Shown: piece by piece, positions 1-12,434 of the stretch
How positions within the stretch are numbered: the stretch's first letter is position 1
How the letters are laid out: each line of letters opens with the position of its first letter
Origin: Octopus vulgaris
Lineage: Eukaryota
Reading direction: 5' to 3'
Assembly: GCA_951406725.2 (NCBI GenBank)
Contig: OX597820.1
Coordinates: 103,292,001 to 103,356,000, forward strand
Length of the DNA stretch: 64,000 nucleotides
Notes under the pieces: model-generated
What the model was told of the DNA's origin: nothing
The model's input: the letters and a program-made list of their open reading frames with translations, nothing else
The model's database searches: none
Made by a program: the position numbers and the translations under genes

Positions 1-288
1 GTCTCTTTTGCCGAACCGCTAAGTGACGGGGACGTAAACACACCAGCATCAGTTGTCAAGCAATGCTAGGGGGACAAACACAGACACACAAACGCACACA
101 CGCATATATATATATACATATATACGACGGGCTTCTTTCAGTTTCCGTCTACCAAATCCACTCACAAGGCTTTGGTCGACCCGAGGCTATAGTAGAAGAC
201 ACATGCTCAAGGTGCCACGCAGTGGGACTGAACCTGGAACCATGTGGTTGGTAAACAAGCTACTTACCACACAGCCACTCCTGCGCCT
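1..288 (-). mobile_element. tRNA-derived CORE-type SINE (family B; OR-like), 3' part runs off the window
   Basis: Reverse complement has a tRNA-like A/B-box head, a CORE-like accttgagca...tcttctactatagcctcggg segment and an internal TA/CA microsatellite; same family as 53497-53955. Confidence 0.85.
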
Positions 289-299
289 ATATATATATA

Positions 300-769
300 T
301 GCCACCATGCTCCACTGGATGGGTAATGTCAGTGTGCATGCATGACAGCTTTGCCTCTGTAGGAATGCACTACTATGTGACTCACGTGGGTGGACAGGGA
401 GAATAATAGATCTCATTTGTATTTTTGGATTCGCTAGTACTGGTGGTCTGGCATGGTTTGTCCGGTGTTACATATATCGGACGGGTATGTTTGATTCTTA
501 GTACTTTCAAATCTAAATCAGAAGAAATCTCTGAGCTGATGAAGGAAATGTTGGCGTCTAATCCACTAATCCAGAAACAGGCTGTCCTCGGGTATCTTAT
601 ATGGATGTGATCTTTCGTTGTTTTTCCCTTATACCTATGTGAGTTATTTCTGAGTATGCATTGTCTGGGAGACTTTTTCTTGCAGTTGAAAAAATAGCCA
701 AATTTTTGGCTGCTATTTATAAAAAGCTCGGTGTGTGGTAAAGTAAATTATTTTACTTTACCCTATTTT

Positions 770-775
<6 letters not shown>
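300..775 (+). mobile_element. Penelope-like pLTR fragment flanked by (TA)n
   Basis: Contains a hammerhead motif; its 3' end (ttggctgctattt...gtggtaaag...taccct) recurs in the palindrome at 34495-34659. Confidence 0.6.
530..592 (+). ncRNA. Type I hammerhead ribozyme (PLE-associated)
   Basis: Stem I tctgag/ctcggg; CTGATGA at 536-542; stem II gga...tcc; GAAA at 574-577; stem III acag-g-ctgt; GUC cleavage triplet at 584-586. Confidence 0.75.
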
Positions 776-824
<49 letters not shown>

Positions 825-829
<5 letters not shown>

Positions 830-1965
830 AAGGCACTTATAGATGCGGGCTTTAGAGATAGAATTAAATATATCCCATACGAACTTGAAATGGATAGTAG
901 TAATAACGAATAAGTTAACCGCAACATTATTGCGCATGACCATGCACCTAAGCGTTGTAAAAACGCACAGGAAGCGCAGCAAATGATACTAATAGGATTA
1001 GATTTAGTGACAGTATGAGTAACTACAAAAATAACAGTAACATGTTGGGTAGAACTACGAGGGTCAATGGACGCAGGAAAAATAATATTAATAAGCACAC
1101 TATCCACAAAGAAACTACTGGTAAATCGGGAAATAAAATCTGGTGCATAATCCCTTTTGCTATGCAAATAAGGACGGATTTAGTTAAGCAATTATTGAAC
1201 GTTGTAAATAGACATTTTGATAAGAATAATAGGTATTCTAAACTTATAACATTTCCCTTTTTTTATTATTAAACTTATAAATAGTAGGACAATAAGGATA
1301 GTTTATAGCCTTACACATAATTTAGGGAGCATAATATCCTCTCTGAATAATAAAAGAAATTAGATATTTTCTACTTAAATAGAAACGACGGCGGTATTAG
1401 TAGAAGCAAAAGCAATAAACATCACCCACAACCTTAGTACAGAATACACTCAGAACCAAAATAACCACTTTAATCTCAATAGACCTTATCCTACTCCATT
1501 AGGAAGCAACTCTCACCTCCCCCCCCCCACACACACACACAGCATAATCTATGTGACTGTAGGAACAGGAAAAGTTGTGCCTTCGGTAACACCTATAGAA
1601 TTGAGGACGTAATTTACCAATGTACAGTCACAACACAGTCAAGCAAAATGAGTTACATTGGAGCAACCCAAAATGAAATAAAACATAGTCTAGCCACACA
1701 TCAACATTCTTTTAGAAATAGAACAGAATTAACTCGACAGGATTAAGTAGGTATATTTGGGAGCTCAAATATAGTGATATTAGCTTCACATTAAAATGGG
1801 AGATCCTCGCTACTGCACCTTCGTATAATAATAATTAAAAAAGGAAATGTTACCTTTGTATTAATGAATTTTTTTTTTCATTCTAACAGTACGTAACCCA
1901 CTAATGAACCTGAGAGATGAGCGGAGTGTAACTTGCCTGCACAAAGGGAGGTCTACTTTCGATTA
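825..1965 (+). pseudogene. Penelope-like element ORF remnant: RT thumb/linker + C-terminal GIY-YIG endonuclease
   Basis: Translated pieces YDKALIDAGF, KIWCIIPF...LLNVVNRHF, NSRTIRIVYS, CDCRNRKSC, VIYQCTVT...SYIGATQN...HQHSF, LSRYIWELK, CYLC, MNLRDE..TCLH; interrupted by stops and frameshifts. Confidence 0.88.
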
Positions 1966-4250
1966 ATATAAATAACATAAGAAACACTTATACTACGCCA
2001 TAATATTATCAATAACCCCACAGCATACAAATGATAGCCTCTGGTAGTAAAATGTAGGATATACACTTTACTCCTTAATTATAGTTTGTCTTGTTAGTAA
2101 TTACCGAGGCTCTTGCGGGTATTCATATAAACAACCCCTCCTCTTACCCTATTCCTAAGTTTAGATTTTACCCCACCCCACCCACCCATTTCAACTACCT
2201 ACATCTTATACCACTTTGCCTTTCCACCTAATTATTATCATCTAATCCCTTGTATTAATGCCAGTTATTTCTATCATAACTTATTCGAGAACACAGACAA
2301 CTTAATTTTTCTACCATATAGTTTATTACTCCTAACAACTACTTCAAATCCTAAATGTTATTTAAATTTAAATTTTAGCTTTATCTATCTCCTTCTATCA
2401 CCTTTTATACCATGGATGTATTTGTTGGCTCTTGCTGGAATTCGGACTTAATTCTCTACTAACTCATTGTTCTTTCCTCCATTTACTGTTCTTCTCCCAC
2501 TTTAAATGGACATTAATAGCCCTACATATATAGGAAAAATATTACCCCCATGTTTGATTTATTCATACTATTTTATTTTATATTTTTATTTTATTGTATT
2601 CTATGCTCACCTTCTCCCACCATACATTGTGTGGGTCTGCTCGCATTTGGTACTGTTAACTGGGCTTACCAGGAGATATTTGTAAAAATTTGATTTACTA
2701 AGTAGAACTGTAAGTGTAGTCTGTTGATTGAAATAGTATGTCTGCACTCACTTAGCGTCTATATATTATTAGGTTATAATTTTTAAATTATTAGATTTAT
2801 TGATAGGAACAATCTAATTTTAAGGTTATGTAATACAAGTACAGCCTGTTGATTGAAATAGGATTTTCTGCACCCACTTTGAGTCAATATACCTTTAGTT
2901 TATAATTTTTAATTATTAGATTTAATGATATTAACATTCTAATCTTAGGGTAATGTAATGCATTTTACATATATTCAGTAAATTGTTTGAATAGGGAAAC
3001 TTTACTCATAGTACTAATTTGCTAGTGGACCCAGTATTAATTGCACCCATATAGTATCAATATTTTCTTTTAAATTGTTTATTTAATGATAGGAACTATC
3101 TAACTTTAATGGTTATGTAATGCCGATTAAGCATATTTAGTATACTGTGGAAACTTGTGAATTTTATTCATGATAAGAATTAACAAGCGATTTGATCTAA
3201 CTGTAAGTGGCTTTATAACTGTGCATTGTAGTGTACCTATAAGATGGAATTTTCTTGGGTACCCGTATCCATTTAATTATTACCACAATTTGTATATATG
3301 AGGTTAAGACCAGATTCATTTTCTAGCAGCCTTTATAGAGAGTCGCTGTAATAACTGTACCGGTTGCCTCCCCATAACTATGATCCGAGGCTATTTTCCC
3401 TTTTTTGACCGTTCTCTCATGTATGTTATATCGTTAAGCTACAGAAGGACATAAGCGGCCACGCACCACTTATATCATTGTCTTCTCTCCCGGACCCTTT
3501 ATTTTTTCTTATTTATTTTTATCGACATACCCATTGTAATGGTTTTAGCTTGTGACCTCAGTTCAAATATAATTCGAATAATTGTAGAGACCGCTGGACT
3601 TAGACTTGCCTCATTGAAGGCTATAGATGGGGTTCTCGGTAATATTTCTGGGAGTACACTTTCTTAAGCTCCCTACGGTAATATTTTGGATACATTTTAA
3701 CTTGAATTTACTCGTTAGCATAGGTATTGCCCCTTGATAATCATGTTAGTAAGTTTAATTGTATTACTTTTTTGATAACTTCTTTTCATAAATTTTAAAA
3801 CATCTTGGCTCCCCCTTAAATTGAAACTACCCGTAAAATAACTTTTATTATTCCCTAGAACATTACTAGTTCACTCTTTTACCTACGGACCTCGTAACCC
3901 CAAGATGGTAGATTATATGCTTCTAATATATTGGGCTTCTAGACTTCTTCTCTAGGCCATGTTTTCTTTCCTATTCCTTCTTCCCTTTGTTTATTTCGGA
4001 TGTTCTTGTTTTTAACTCTGATGAAGCTCCGTGTCTTACTTAGAATGTCCTATGAAAATGAAGAATTTTATTTTCGAAGTTATTTATAGACAGTGTTTGG
4101 CAACGGATGCAGAAACAGCCGTAAGATTTATTACATCACATACATGTTATGTCATGATTTGTATTAAAAAATAAGCTATATATGTGGTCCAATCGATGTG
4201 TTTGTTGATCTGAGGTTTTCTCCATTTTCTGATTATTTATATTTGTTTCC
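1966..4250 (+). mobile_element. Long AT-rich 3' region/pLTR of the same Penelope-like element
   Basis: Directly follows the GIY-YIG stop; contains ~125-bp internal tandem repeats (2720-3125) and a hammerhead motif near the end; terminus resembles 7850-8000. Confidence 0.55.
4013..4128 (+). ncRNA. Degenerate hammerhead ribozyme with long stem II insertion
   Basis: CTGATGA-A-gctccgt ... acggatgca-GAAAC-agcc-GTA-ag; stem I is weak. Confidence 0.55.
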
Positions 4251-4257
4251 TGATAAA

Positions 4258-5105
4258 CTCTTATTTACAATTGACGGATATTTGTCATCTTGTTTTTTGT
4301 TAACATAACGTTTCGGCTGATATACCCTCCAAGCTTTCATCAGGTGTCTTGGAGAAATTTCGAAGCTGGGTTTTCATTCCTAAGGTATTTTTCAATGTTA
4401 TTCTTCTTCTTATTATTATTATTCAGGTCACTGCCTGGAATCGAACTCGGGCTCTTATGGAGTGAATTTTAAGGCTTATAAATCTAATATTTTCTTATCC
4501 TTCCTTATTACCGGTTCCCATATTCTACTTATATCTGCACTTGGTCTGCTTAGGAGGTTGTTGTGTCCTAGCATATGTACTGCTTCTTTTAGTTTTCGTA
4601 TTTTCCAGTGGTGTACCCTGTCTATTATTTTAACTTCATCCCACAGGGGGAAGTGGTCTCCATTTTTCAATATATGATCAGCTATACCCGATTTATCAAT
4701 ATCTCCTCGTGTCACAGCTTTGCTATGTTCGTCTACCTTTATTTTGAGGGGACGGCATGTTTCGCCTTTGTATAACCTACCACAGCTGCATTGGATGGAG
4801 TACCCGCAGTCTTTGGTCAAATTCTCTTCTAGTGGTCGATTTACTCGAAGGAGATATTTGCGAAGTGTTGTATTACTCTTGAATACTGTCCTGATATGGC
4901 TTGCATATCTTTTGTATCTTTTCGGAGAGTCCTTTCACATAGGGTAGACAGATTTTGGACAGTTTATTGGTTTCATCCTATCTTTTCTTAATAATTGGAG
5001 TGGATAGTATGCTTTTGGGGTAGTTGTTGCTTAATAGATTGTTATTGAGCTTGATCATTTCTTCATGGTGTGTATCACGATCGCTACTTATATTCTTTGC
5101 TCGAT
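4258..5105 (-). mobile_element. 5'-truncated Penelope (Poseidon-like) element with GIY-YIG remnant and pLTR
   Basis: ORF 4820-4476 reads YSIQCSCGRLYKGETCRPLKIKVDEH...SGIADH...RKLKEAVHM; upstream pieces HRAKNIS and ICLPYVKGLSEKI; hammerhead downstream on the same strand. Confidence 0.9.
4303..4348 (-). ncRNA. Minimal type I hammerhead ribozyme
   Basis: Reverse complement acac-CTGATGA-a-agcttggagggtatatcagcc-GAAACGTT-atgt; a diverged copy of 51542-51585. Confidence 0.65.
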
Positions 5106-5194
5106 GAAGACATGAAATACTGATAAGCATTTCGCCCGGCGTGCTAACGATTCTTCCAGCTCGCCGCTATGACAAAAAGAGTTATTATCTTTGT

Positions 5195-5410
5195 AAAGGT
5201 GGTGCGCAAACAGAATTGCTAACATGCCGGACAAAATATTTAACATTTTTTCCTTCTCTTTATGTTCTGATTTCTAATTCTGCCGCAGTCGACTTTGCCT
5301 TTCATCCTTTCGGGTCGATAAAATAAGTACCACTTGAGCACTGGGGTCAATGTAATCGACTAGACCTCTATCTCCACCAAAATTCTGTCATGTGCCAAAA
5401 TCAGAAAGTT
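5195..5410 (+). mobile_element. tRNA-derived SINE family A (Meta-domain-like core)
   Basis: Core gtcgactttgcctttcatcctttcgggtcgataaaataagtacc. About 20 further copies or fragments occur, e.g. 11525, 18720, 20054, 20374, 30020-31240, 32690, 33030, 45230, 47470, 50085, 54790. Confidence 0.8.
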
Positions 5411-5556
5411 TATTATTACCTTCCCCGGTGATGGAAGTCTTTCGCTATGAATTTCTGTTTCATAGTGTGTAGCAGAGCAGAGCGGCGCCGATGTGTGTGT
5501 TTGTCTCACCAGATGGAGTACTTTTTTTCGTTGAATTTTCTATCACGGAACAGTAC

Positions 5557-5604
<48 letters not shown>

Positions 5605-5744
5605 ATATGAGGATAATATCGATATTTAAGTATCAATATTATCAAGTGGCCATCTCATGGTACGATATGAACACTTAACGTGGTTTTTATAGTCAGAATT
5701 TCGACTGCTATTTCGGCATGTTGGTGTCTCTTAGACACCCTCAT

Positions 5745-5845
<101 letters not shown>

Positions 5846-5849
5846 TATG

Positions 5850-5902
<53 letters not shown>

Positions 5903-6089
5903 TATGTATGTATATATTATATATTTGCAACTGGCTCAGTTCTTGCCTATATGTGCATTTGGTTATTACGGTATCAAATTTTAACACAAGGCCAGCCATA
6001 TTGGTGGAGGGGTAAGTCGATTACATCGACCCTAGTGTTCAACTTGTACTTATTTCATTAACTCCAAAAAGGATGAAAGCTAAATGTAC

Positions 6090-6690
6090 ACTAGTTTAAA
6101 TGGGAATTAACTGCACATATTAAATAAGGTGCAAGGATACCGCATCAGTGCGAGGAATTTGACAGTGTGTGTATGAATTTTTCTCTAGTATTTTCCTAAC
6201 TTTGTTTTGTCGTATGAGATATGCTGTGTTTCGATTTCTCTTCGTTGTATATGCTTGCCAAGCCTACGATAGTTCTGTGATATTGTTCTAATAAGTCCAC
6301 TGTAACAGTTGGAGTCCAGAAGTTTACAGTTTTCAGTTTCACAATCAAATTTGTAGACAACATTGGCCATTAGTAGCTTATCAGATGTATATGTTTGTGG
6401 TGTGCTGTTGATAAAGAGATTTTAGATTCTGGTGTTTGGATGGTCCATTATTGTTTTTAGTTTATGGTTGAGTGCGATGCATTTTTTGTTCCATTATATG
6501 AGGCTTTTGATTATTAGTACGCATTTGATTCATATAAATTGTGTTGGGTGTACCTTCTGACGTTTTTGTTATATTGTATTTATGTTTGTATTCTTCTATA
6601 ATTCTGTCTACTAATCTTTTGGAATATCCGTTCTTAATTAATGTTTGTTTTATCTTGTGCATTTCTTTTTCCATTGCCTTTTTATGGCCG
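6090..6690 (-). pseudogene. Penelope-like ORF remnant (thumb + GIY-YIG)
   Basis: EMHKIKQTLIKNGYSKRLVDRII and NVVYKFDCETENC...YSGL...RRLGKH. Confidence 0.75.
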
Positions 6691-7789
6691 ATGAACTAAA
6701 TGTTTTTCTGAGTAGGGATTCCCATCACATTGCCAAAAGAAACACGCAAACAACAAGCATATAAAAAAATATTAACACGTGTCTACAAACACGAATATTT
6801 AACGTTTAAAAAATTTGACCACAAAACAAATCAAAACGTGACTGCTGACGTCTAACAGTCAAGAAACCTTTAGCGGAAAAGCCTATAAAAATCCCCTTAC
6901 GTTAATGAGTTGAAAGGAGGTGTTCCCCAATGATGAAATACACTAGCCATTAGCAAATTCGCTTTCTAATCTGCCGGAACGTATTAAGATTGAATACGCA
7001 AGTCATCGTTTTGGTTCTCGCTATTCAACGTACACATGGAAATTTATATCGGTTGGCAGATATCAGCATGCATAAACAAATAATTTTTCTGAAGTTATAA
7101 ATAAGAGTCACAAACTCTTGGTAGATTCATTAATCCAAGTTGCTTTTGACCTACAAGACAGAATAATGTCGAAACAGCGGATGTTCCGAAGTCCCCTTTT
7201 GCTAATGAAACGAAGTGCTATGAAGACACATTCGTCTGAAAGTAGTTGTTCTCCTATGACGAAATTCAGAAGCGCTTAGCATATTCACGTTCGAGTTCGC
7301 TGAAACTAATTATAAGTAAATATACAAATCATCATTTTCATTTTTGCTATTCGCCAAACACATGACCATTTTGTGTGTATGTACGTGTGTGTGTGTGTGT
7401 GTGTGTGCGTGCGCGATGAAGTGTATGTGTGTGAAGTCGCGGATCCTAGTGTAAAGGGTCTTGCACTCACAATTGCAACGTCGTAGTTTCGATTCCTAGA
7501 TCGGCTGCGCATTGTGTTTTTGAGCAAAACATTTCATTTCACGTTGGTCTGGCTCACTCGGCTGTAAATGGGTAATGCTGCGATGGACTAGTGTATCTTA
7601 GTCTATCGTTCTCTTTTGCCGAAACATAGCTCACGGGGAGGTAAATACTACAACCGGTTGTCAAGCGGTGTTGGAAGACAAACACAGACACAAAGATACA
7701 TACACCCCCACACACACACATACATATACTACATATACATACATACATACATACATATATATATGTATATATATATTAAATTCACTTTT

Positions 7790-8000
7790 GACCATAGGCT
7801 GAAACAGCTGTAAGAAGTAATTGCTGGATTTCAATAATTTATAATATGAGTTTTAAAATCTGTATTTGTATTATTATCTTATCTATTGATTTATACAATA
7901 TTTTGTATGCTTTTGATGTTCTCATTTGTAAAATGAATAAATAATATCCGTAAGTTGATGAACAAACTAAATTTGTTTCTCCGTTTTCTTATTTGTATTA
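7790..8000 (+). mobile_element. Penelope pLTR 3' fragment between (TA)n tracts
   Basis: Begins with a hammerhead 3' half (GAAACAGCTGTAAG); the end is similar to the arms of the 8774-9148 palindrome. Confidence 0.55.
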
Positions 8001-8707
8001 TATATATATATATATATATATATCATTTATATTATAATTTGATTGAACGCCACGCATCCATTTCTAAGTAAGTTTGTCTTAATCTTTTTGATGCGACTCT
8101 ACTCTATACTGCTTTCTCTCCTGTCGTTTTCTCTCTCATCCTTTTCTCTAATTCCTTTTTCTCCCTTTCACCGTTTTCTATCTGTCTCTTTCCCCTCTCT
8201 CTCGTTTCTCCTACGTAACCATCGTCCATCTTTCTTTTCTCCGCGTAACCATTTTTCTTTTCTTTCAGGACTGTCCTAAGGACTGCATGTGTCCTATCCC
8301 TCTCATGTTCTATCTCTATTCTCTTGTCAAAGAAAATACTTCTCCAGCGTTCGTTATTTTACACTCGTTTTGGTCTAGCGATCCTCCATGTTTGTTGCGT
8401 TCAGTTTCCTTGTATGTCTCCACTGTCCTGTTTTTGTTCCCAACTTTAACCTTCCATAAATCCCAAATTTTATTTTGGTACGTATGGGAGCAACTGTCTT
8501 CGAGGACTCATTATGTCGTTCAATGCTCGAAGTATGGAGTAGATAGACAGCCAACAATTGATAAAAAGTCGTTCTTAGTGTTACTTGTCCTGTTTTCCAT
8601 TTGTTTCTCCCGTTGTCTGTGTATTGAACTCATTTGTTTTCGTATTTCATGTTGTTTACTGTTGGTGACGTCCTGTACCCATATATTCAAGTGTGTGTAC
8701 ATATATA

Positions 8708-8750
<43 letters not shown>

Positions 8751-8773
8751 GTATATATATATGTGTGTGTGTA

Positions 8774-9148
8774 TATAATATAAATAAGAAAATGGAGAAA
8801 CAATTTAGTTGGTTCACTAGCTTTCAGATGTTAGAATGTTGACTTAGTTATTCATTTAACAAAAATGAGAACCTTAATAGCATATATATATATACATAAC
8901 AATTCAATACATATAAGATAAGAATACAATTATAAAAATCGTAATATAATTATTAAAATCATTAAAATCATTAATTATATTGTGATTTTTATAATTGTAT
9001 TCTTATCTTATATGTATTGAATTATAATGTATATATGTATGCTATTAAGGTTCTCATTTTTGTTAAATGAATAAATAAGTCAACATTCTAATATCCTAAA
9101 ACTGGTGAACCAACTAAATTGTTTCTCCATTATCTTATTTGTATTATA
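8774..9148. repeat. ~375-bp fold-back palindrome of pLTR 3' ends
   Basis: Arms of ~180 bp are reverse-complementary around ~8960 with scattered mismatches. Confidence 0.9.
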
Positions 9149-9362
9149 AATTAATGGTAAAATATTACTTTACCTTCACCCATTTAATACAATAAATAAG
9201 TTAATTGCATTGCAATTAAAAACATTTGTGTATTAAGAATTTGGGTATTATACCAACAGTATATTGGATAAATATTATCCCTTAGTGGGTTACACCCATA
9301 ACCTCCAACTTACTTGATGTTATATATATACATATGTATATACATATACTTACATACATACG

Positions 9363-9416
<54 letters not shown>

Positions 9417-9417
9417 T

Positions 9418-9476
<59 letters not shown>

Positions 9477-9611
9477 TGCATATATATATTATTTGTATCA
9501 AATATATATACATATATATATAAATATACATATATACATATATATATATTTACGCTTACACACACGCCAGGGCTTCTATCAGTTCAGTTTCCGTTTCCAT
9601 TTACCAAATCC

Positions 9612-9727
<116 letters not shown>

Positions 9728-10845
9728 TATGTATGTATATTGTATGTGTGTATATATATCTGCATACACATAGACACGTATAAATATGCACGCTCACACA
9801 CATACACTCATATCTACATCAACATCTAAAGGTATTATCAATTTGTATATACAAAATAATAGCACAGGAATATTCTGAAAAAATATATATAATTTTACAT
9901 CTATATAAGTTTTTGTTATAATTGTGTAAATATACATATATTTATATATCTATATCTATATAAGCATGCTTTGATATACACATTGTCTTTCTTTCCTTCA
10001 TCCTCATTTTCATCGTTTTTGTATCTATATGTGTGTATTTTTGCATATCAAGGTGCACAATGTTTATTGTATGTTCTTTAGGATGTTCTTTGAGGGTGAG
10101 TTGACTGTTATTTCCTTTAGGTCAAACAAAGTAGTGGCTTCTTCATTAGCCTTGTTAGTCGTGTTTATAGTAGTGGTACATTGAAAATTATTATATGCAA
10201 AAACCATTAGTAATTGTTATAACATTAATATGATTGCTATGACCATTGTTGTGATCGTGACCCTGATTATGATGACGACGACAACTATCATCATCGTCGT
10301 CATCGACGTTGTTTTCATCGTCGTCATCGACGTTGTTTTCATCGTCATTATCACCATCATCGTTGTCATCATGCTTTTTACAATAGTTTGTATAACTGTT
10401 ATTGTTGATCTTTATAATCCATTAATCCAAGTTCTCAGTTCATTTTCTTCATGAATAAGCCAAATCAGAGGTTAAATAAGTAAAAATATTAGGTTCCGTT
10501 TCAGTACACATCGGAGATTTCGCGGTTACCTGGTTGTTTGCAATGTGTATGTATGTATGTATGTATGTATGTATGTATGTATGTATGTATGTATGTATGT
10601 ATGTATGTATGTAGGTAGGTAGGTAGGTAGGTAGGTAGGTAGGTAGGTTGGTAGGTAGGTAGGTACGTACGTAGTACGTATGTATGCATGAATGTATGTA
10701 TGAAACGTACTTATGAATTGATGTATGTTTGCGTGTTTGTCTATAATTATTTATATATAGATGTATGAAGTTTTTCTTGTTTGCAAATTTTCCGATTCCA
10801 TTCTCGAAAGCCTTAGCCATAACTCCTGCCAGTACGAAAGGCAGT

Positions 10846-10959
10846 TCATGTTTTAAAAAACCATCCTTTACTCCGTTTTCTAATCGAAAACTTTAATTCC
10901 AGGCAGCCGAGTTCCTCTTTTTCATCTCCCAATACTCGAACATGAAGTTTGTAATGACC
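10846..10959 (-). CDS. GM2A: GM2 activator-like protein, last coding exon
   Basis: ttgttcttacag acceptor, phase 0. Encodes GHYKLHVRVLGDEKEELGCLELKFSIRKRSKGWFFKT-stop, matching the GM2AP C-terminal G(N/D)Y...LGC pattern. The spliced CDS is 600 nt with 8 Cys. Confidence 0.92.
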   Translation of the reverse strand, partial: GHYKLHVRVLGDEKEELGCLELKFSIRKRSKGWFFKT

Positions 10960-11302
10960 CTGTAAGAACAATTATAAGATCAATATAAGAAAACAATGTT
11001 TGATTTATTGAAATAATACAAAAAAAGTAAATGCTTATGGTGAGTCAGGCATTATTAGATTTTTTAATAGCTTAGTAATAGAAAGCAAAGCAGCAATCAT
11101 GAGTTTTTTCCCCCAGCCCCCGTAGCCGGTAGTAAGGAACAGTAGAGGGTATCCCCAAAATTGAGGACTTAGCCAAAACGCTTGCAACATAGTGATACTG
11201 TAAGAAGCGCATAAGATTTATACATACAGCTGAGTTACGATATGCTCATAAAGAAGAAGTAATAGCTGTTGACAGATGCCGTAGATGAAACATGATTTAT
11301 AT

Positions 11303-11516
11303 TACCGTATATGCCGGCGTATAAGACGCAGTCTTTTTCTTTTCTTCTTAAATGTGACAAAGTGTTGCCATATGTTTAATGCGACTGCATTACGGATGGG
11401 ATATCAATAGCAAGTGTGTATGATGAATCATTAAATTTTTTGGGGCACAAAATACACTCGTAAAGTAGGGGTGCATCTCATGCGAGAGTGCGTTATATAC
11501 ACCGTCAAATACGGTA
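11303..11516. mobile_element. Tigger/pogo-type MITE
   Basis: Terminal inverted repeats TACCGTAT...ATACGGTA with subterminal gcgtataagacgc/gcgttatatac similarity. Confidence 0.7.
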
Positions 11517-11791
11517 TGACCTTCTCAAGCAGGCAGAATCGCTAGAACGCAAAAAAAGTAGCCTCGTGGCATTTCTTCTATCTCTTTGCATTCTGAGTTC
11601 AAATCCTGCCGAGGACAACTTTACCTTTCTTCCCTCTGGATCAAGTACTGGGATCGATGGAATCCACTAATCCTCAAATTTTTTGGCCCATTCTTTTATT
11701 CTTTTACTTGTTTCAGTCGTTTGACTGAGGCCATGATTAGCCGCTAGCTCCAAAATATTTTTTATTCTCTCTCAGTTTATTTCCTGGGGTT

Positions 11792-11829
11792 CCTTTCTGT
11801 TGAAGAGCGTAGGCTCGAAAGCTAAAAGA
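11792..11829 (+). ncRNA. Hammerhead-like motif, variant core CUGUUGA
   Basis: cttt-CTGTTGA-A-gagc-gtag-gctc-GAAAGCTA-aaag. Confidence 0.6.
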
Positions 11830-12208
11830 TTTTCTCACCACCCCGGGCGTAAAACTAATATATTTGTTTGTTGTTTACACACCTGTCTCCGTCATTTGTT
11901 TTTCCTGTGAATTTCAATTATATGTGTGTGAGCAGCGCCTTTAGTCGAGCAAATCGACCTCAGGACTTATTCTTTGTAAGCCTAGTACTTATTCTATCGG
12001 TGCCTTTTGGTGAACCGCTAAGTTATGGGGGTGCAAACGCACCAGCCTCGGTTGTCAAGAGATGCTGGGGTGACAAACACAGAAACACAAACACACACAC
12101 ACACACTCTCACACACATAGTTGAAACTCACAGAAAAACAAAAGACGAAGACAGGTGTGTAAACAACAAACAGATGTATTAGTTTAACGCCCGGGATGGT
12201 GAGAAAAT

Positions 12209-12245
12209 ATTTTAACTTTCGCGCCTACGATCTTCAACAGAAAGG
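12209..12245 (-). ncRNA. Degenerate hammerhead-like motif, variant core CUGUUGA
   Basis: Reverse complement cttt-CTGTTGA-A-gatcgtaggcgc-GAAAGTTA-aaat; stem II is damaged. Confidence 0.4.
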
Positions 12246-12397
12246 AACACGAGGAAGTAAACACAGAAAGAATAAATAAAAATCTTTTGGAGCTAGCGGT
12301 CAATCATGGCTGAAATTTACAGAAAAACAAAAGATGAAGACAGGTGTATAAACAACAAACAGGTGTATTAGTTTAATGGTCGAGAAGGTGAGAAAAT

Positions 12398-12434
12398 CTT
12401 TTACGTTTCGAGCCTACACTCTTCTACAGAAAGG
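12398..12434 (-). ncRNA. Hammerhead-like motif, variant core CUGUAGA
   Basis: Reverse complement cttt-CTGTAGA-A-gagt-gtag-gctc-GAAACGTA-aaag. Confidence 0.6.

Noticed and set aside
10063-10068. AATAAA on the minus strand as the GM2A-like poly(A) signal
   Set aside because: Plausible, but the hexamer is common in AT-rich DNA; it needs 3'-end data.
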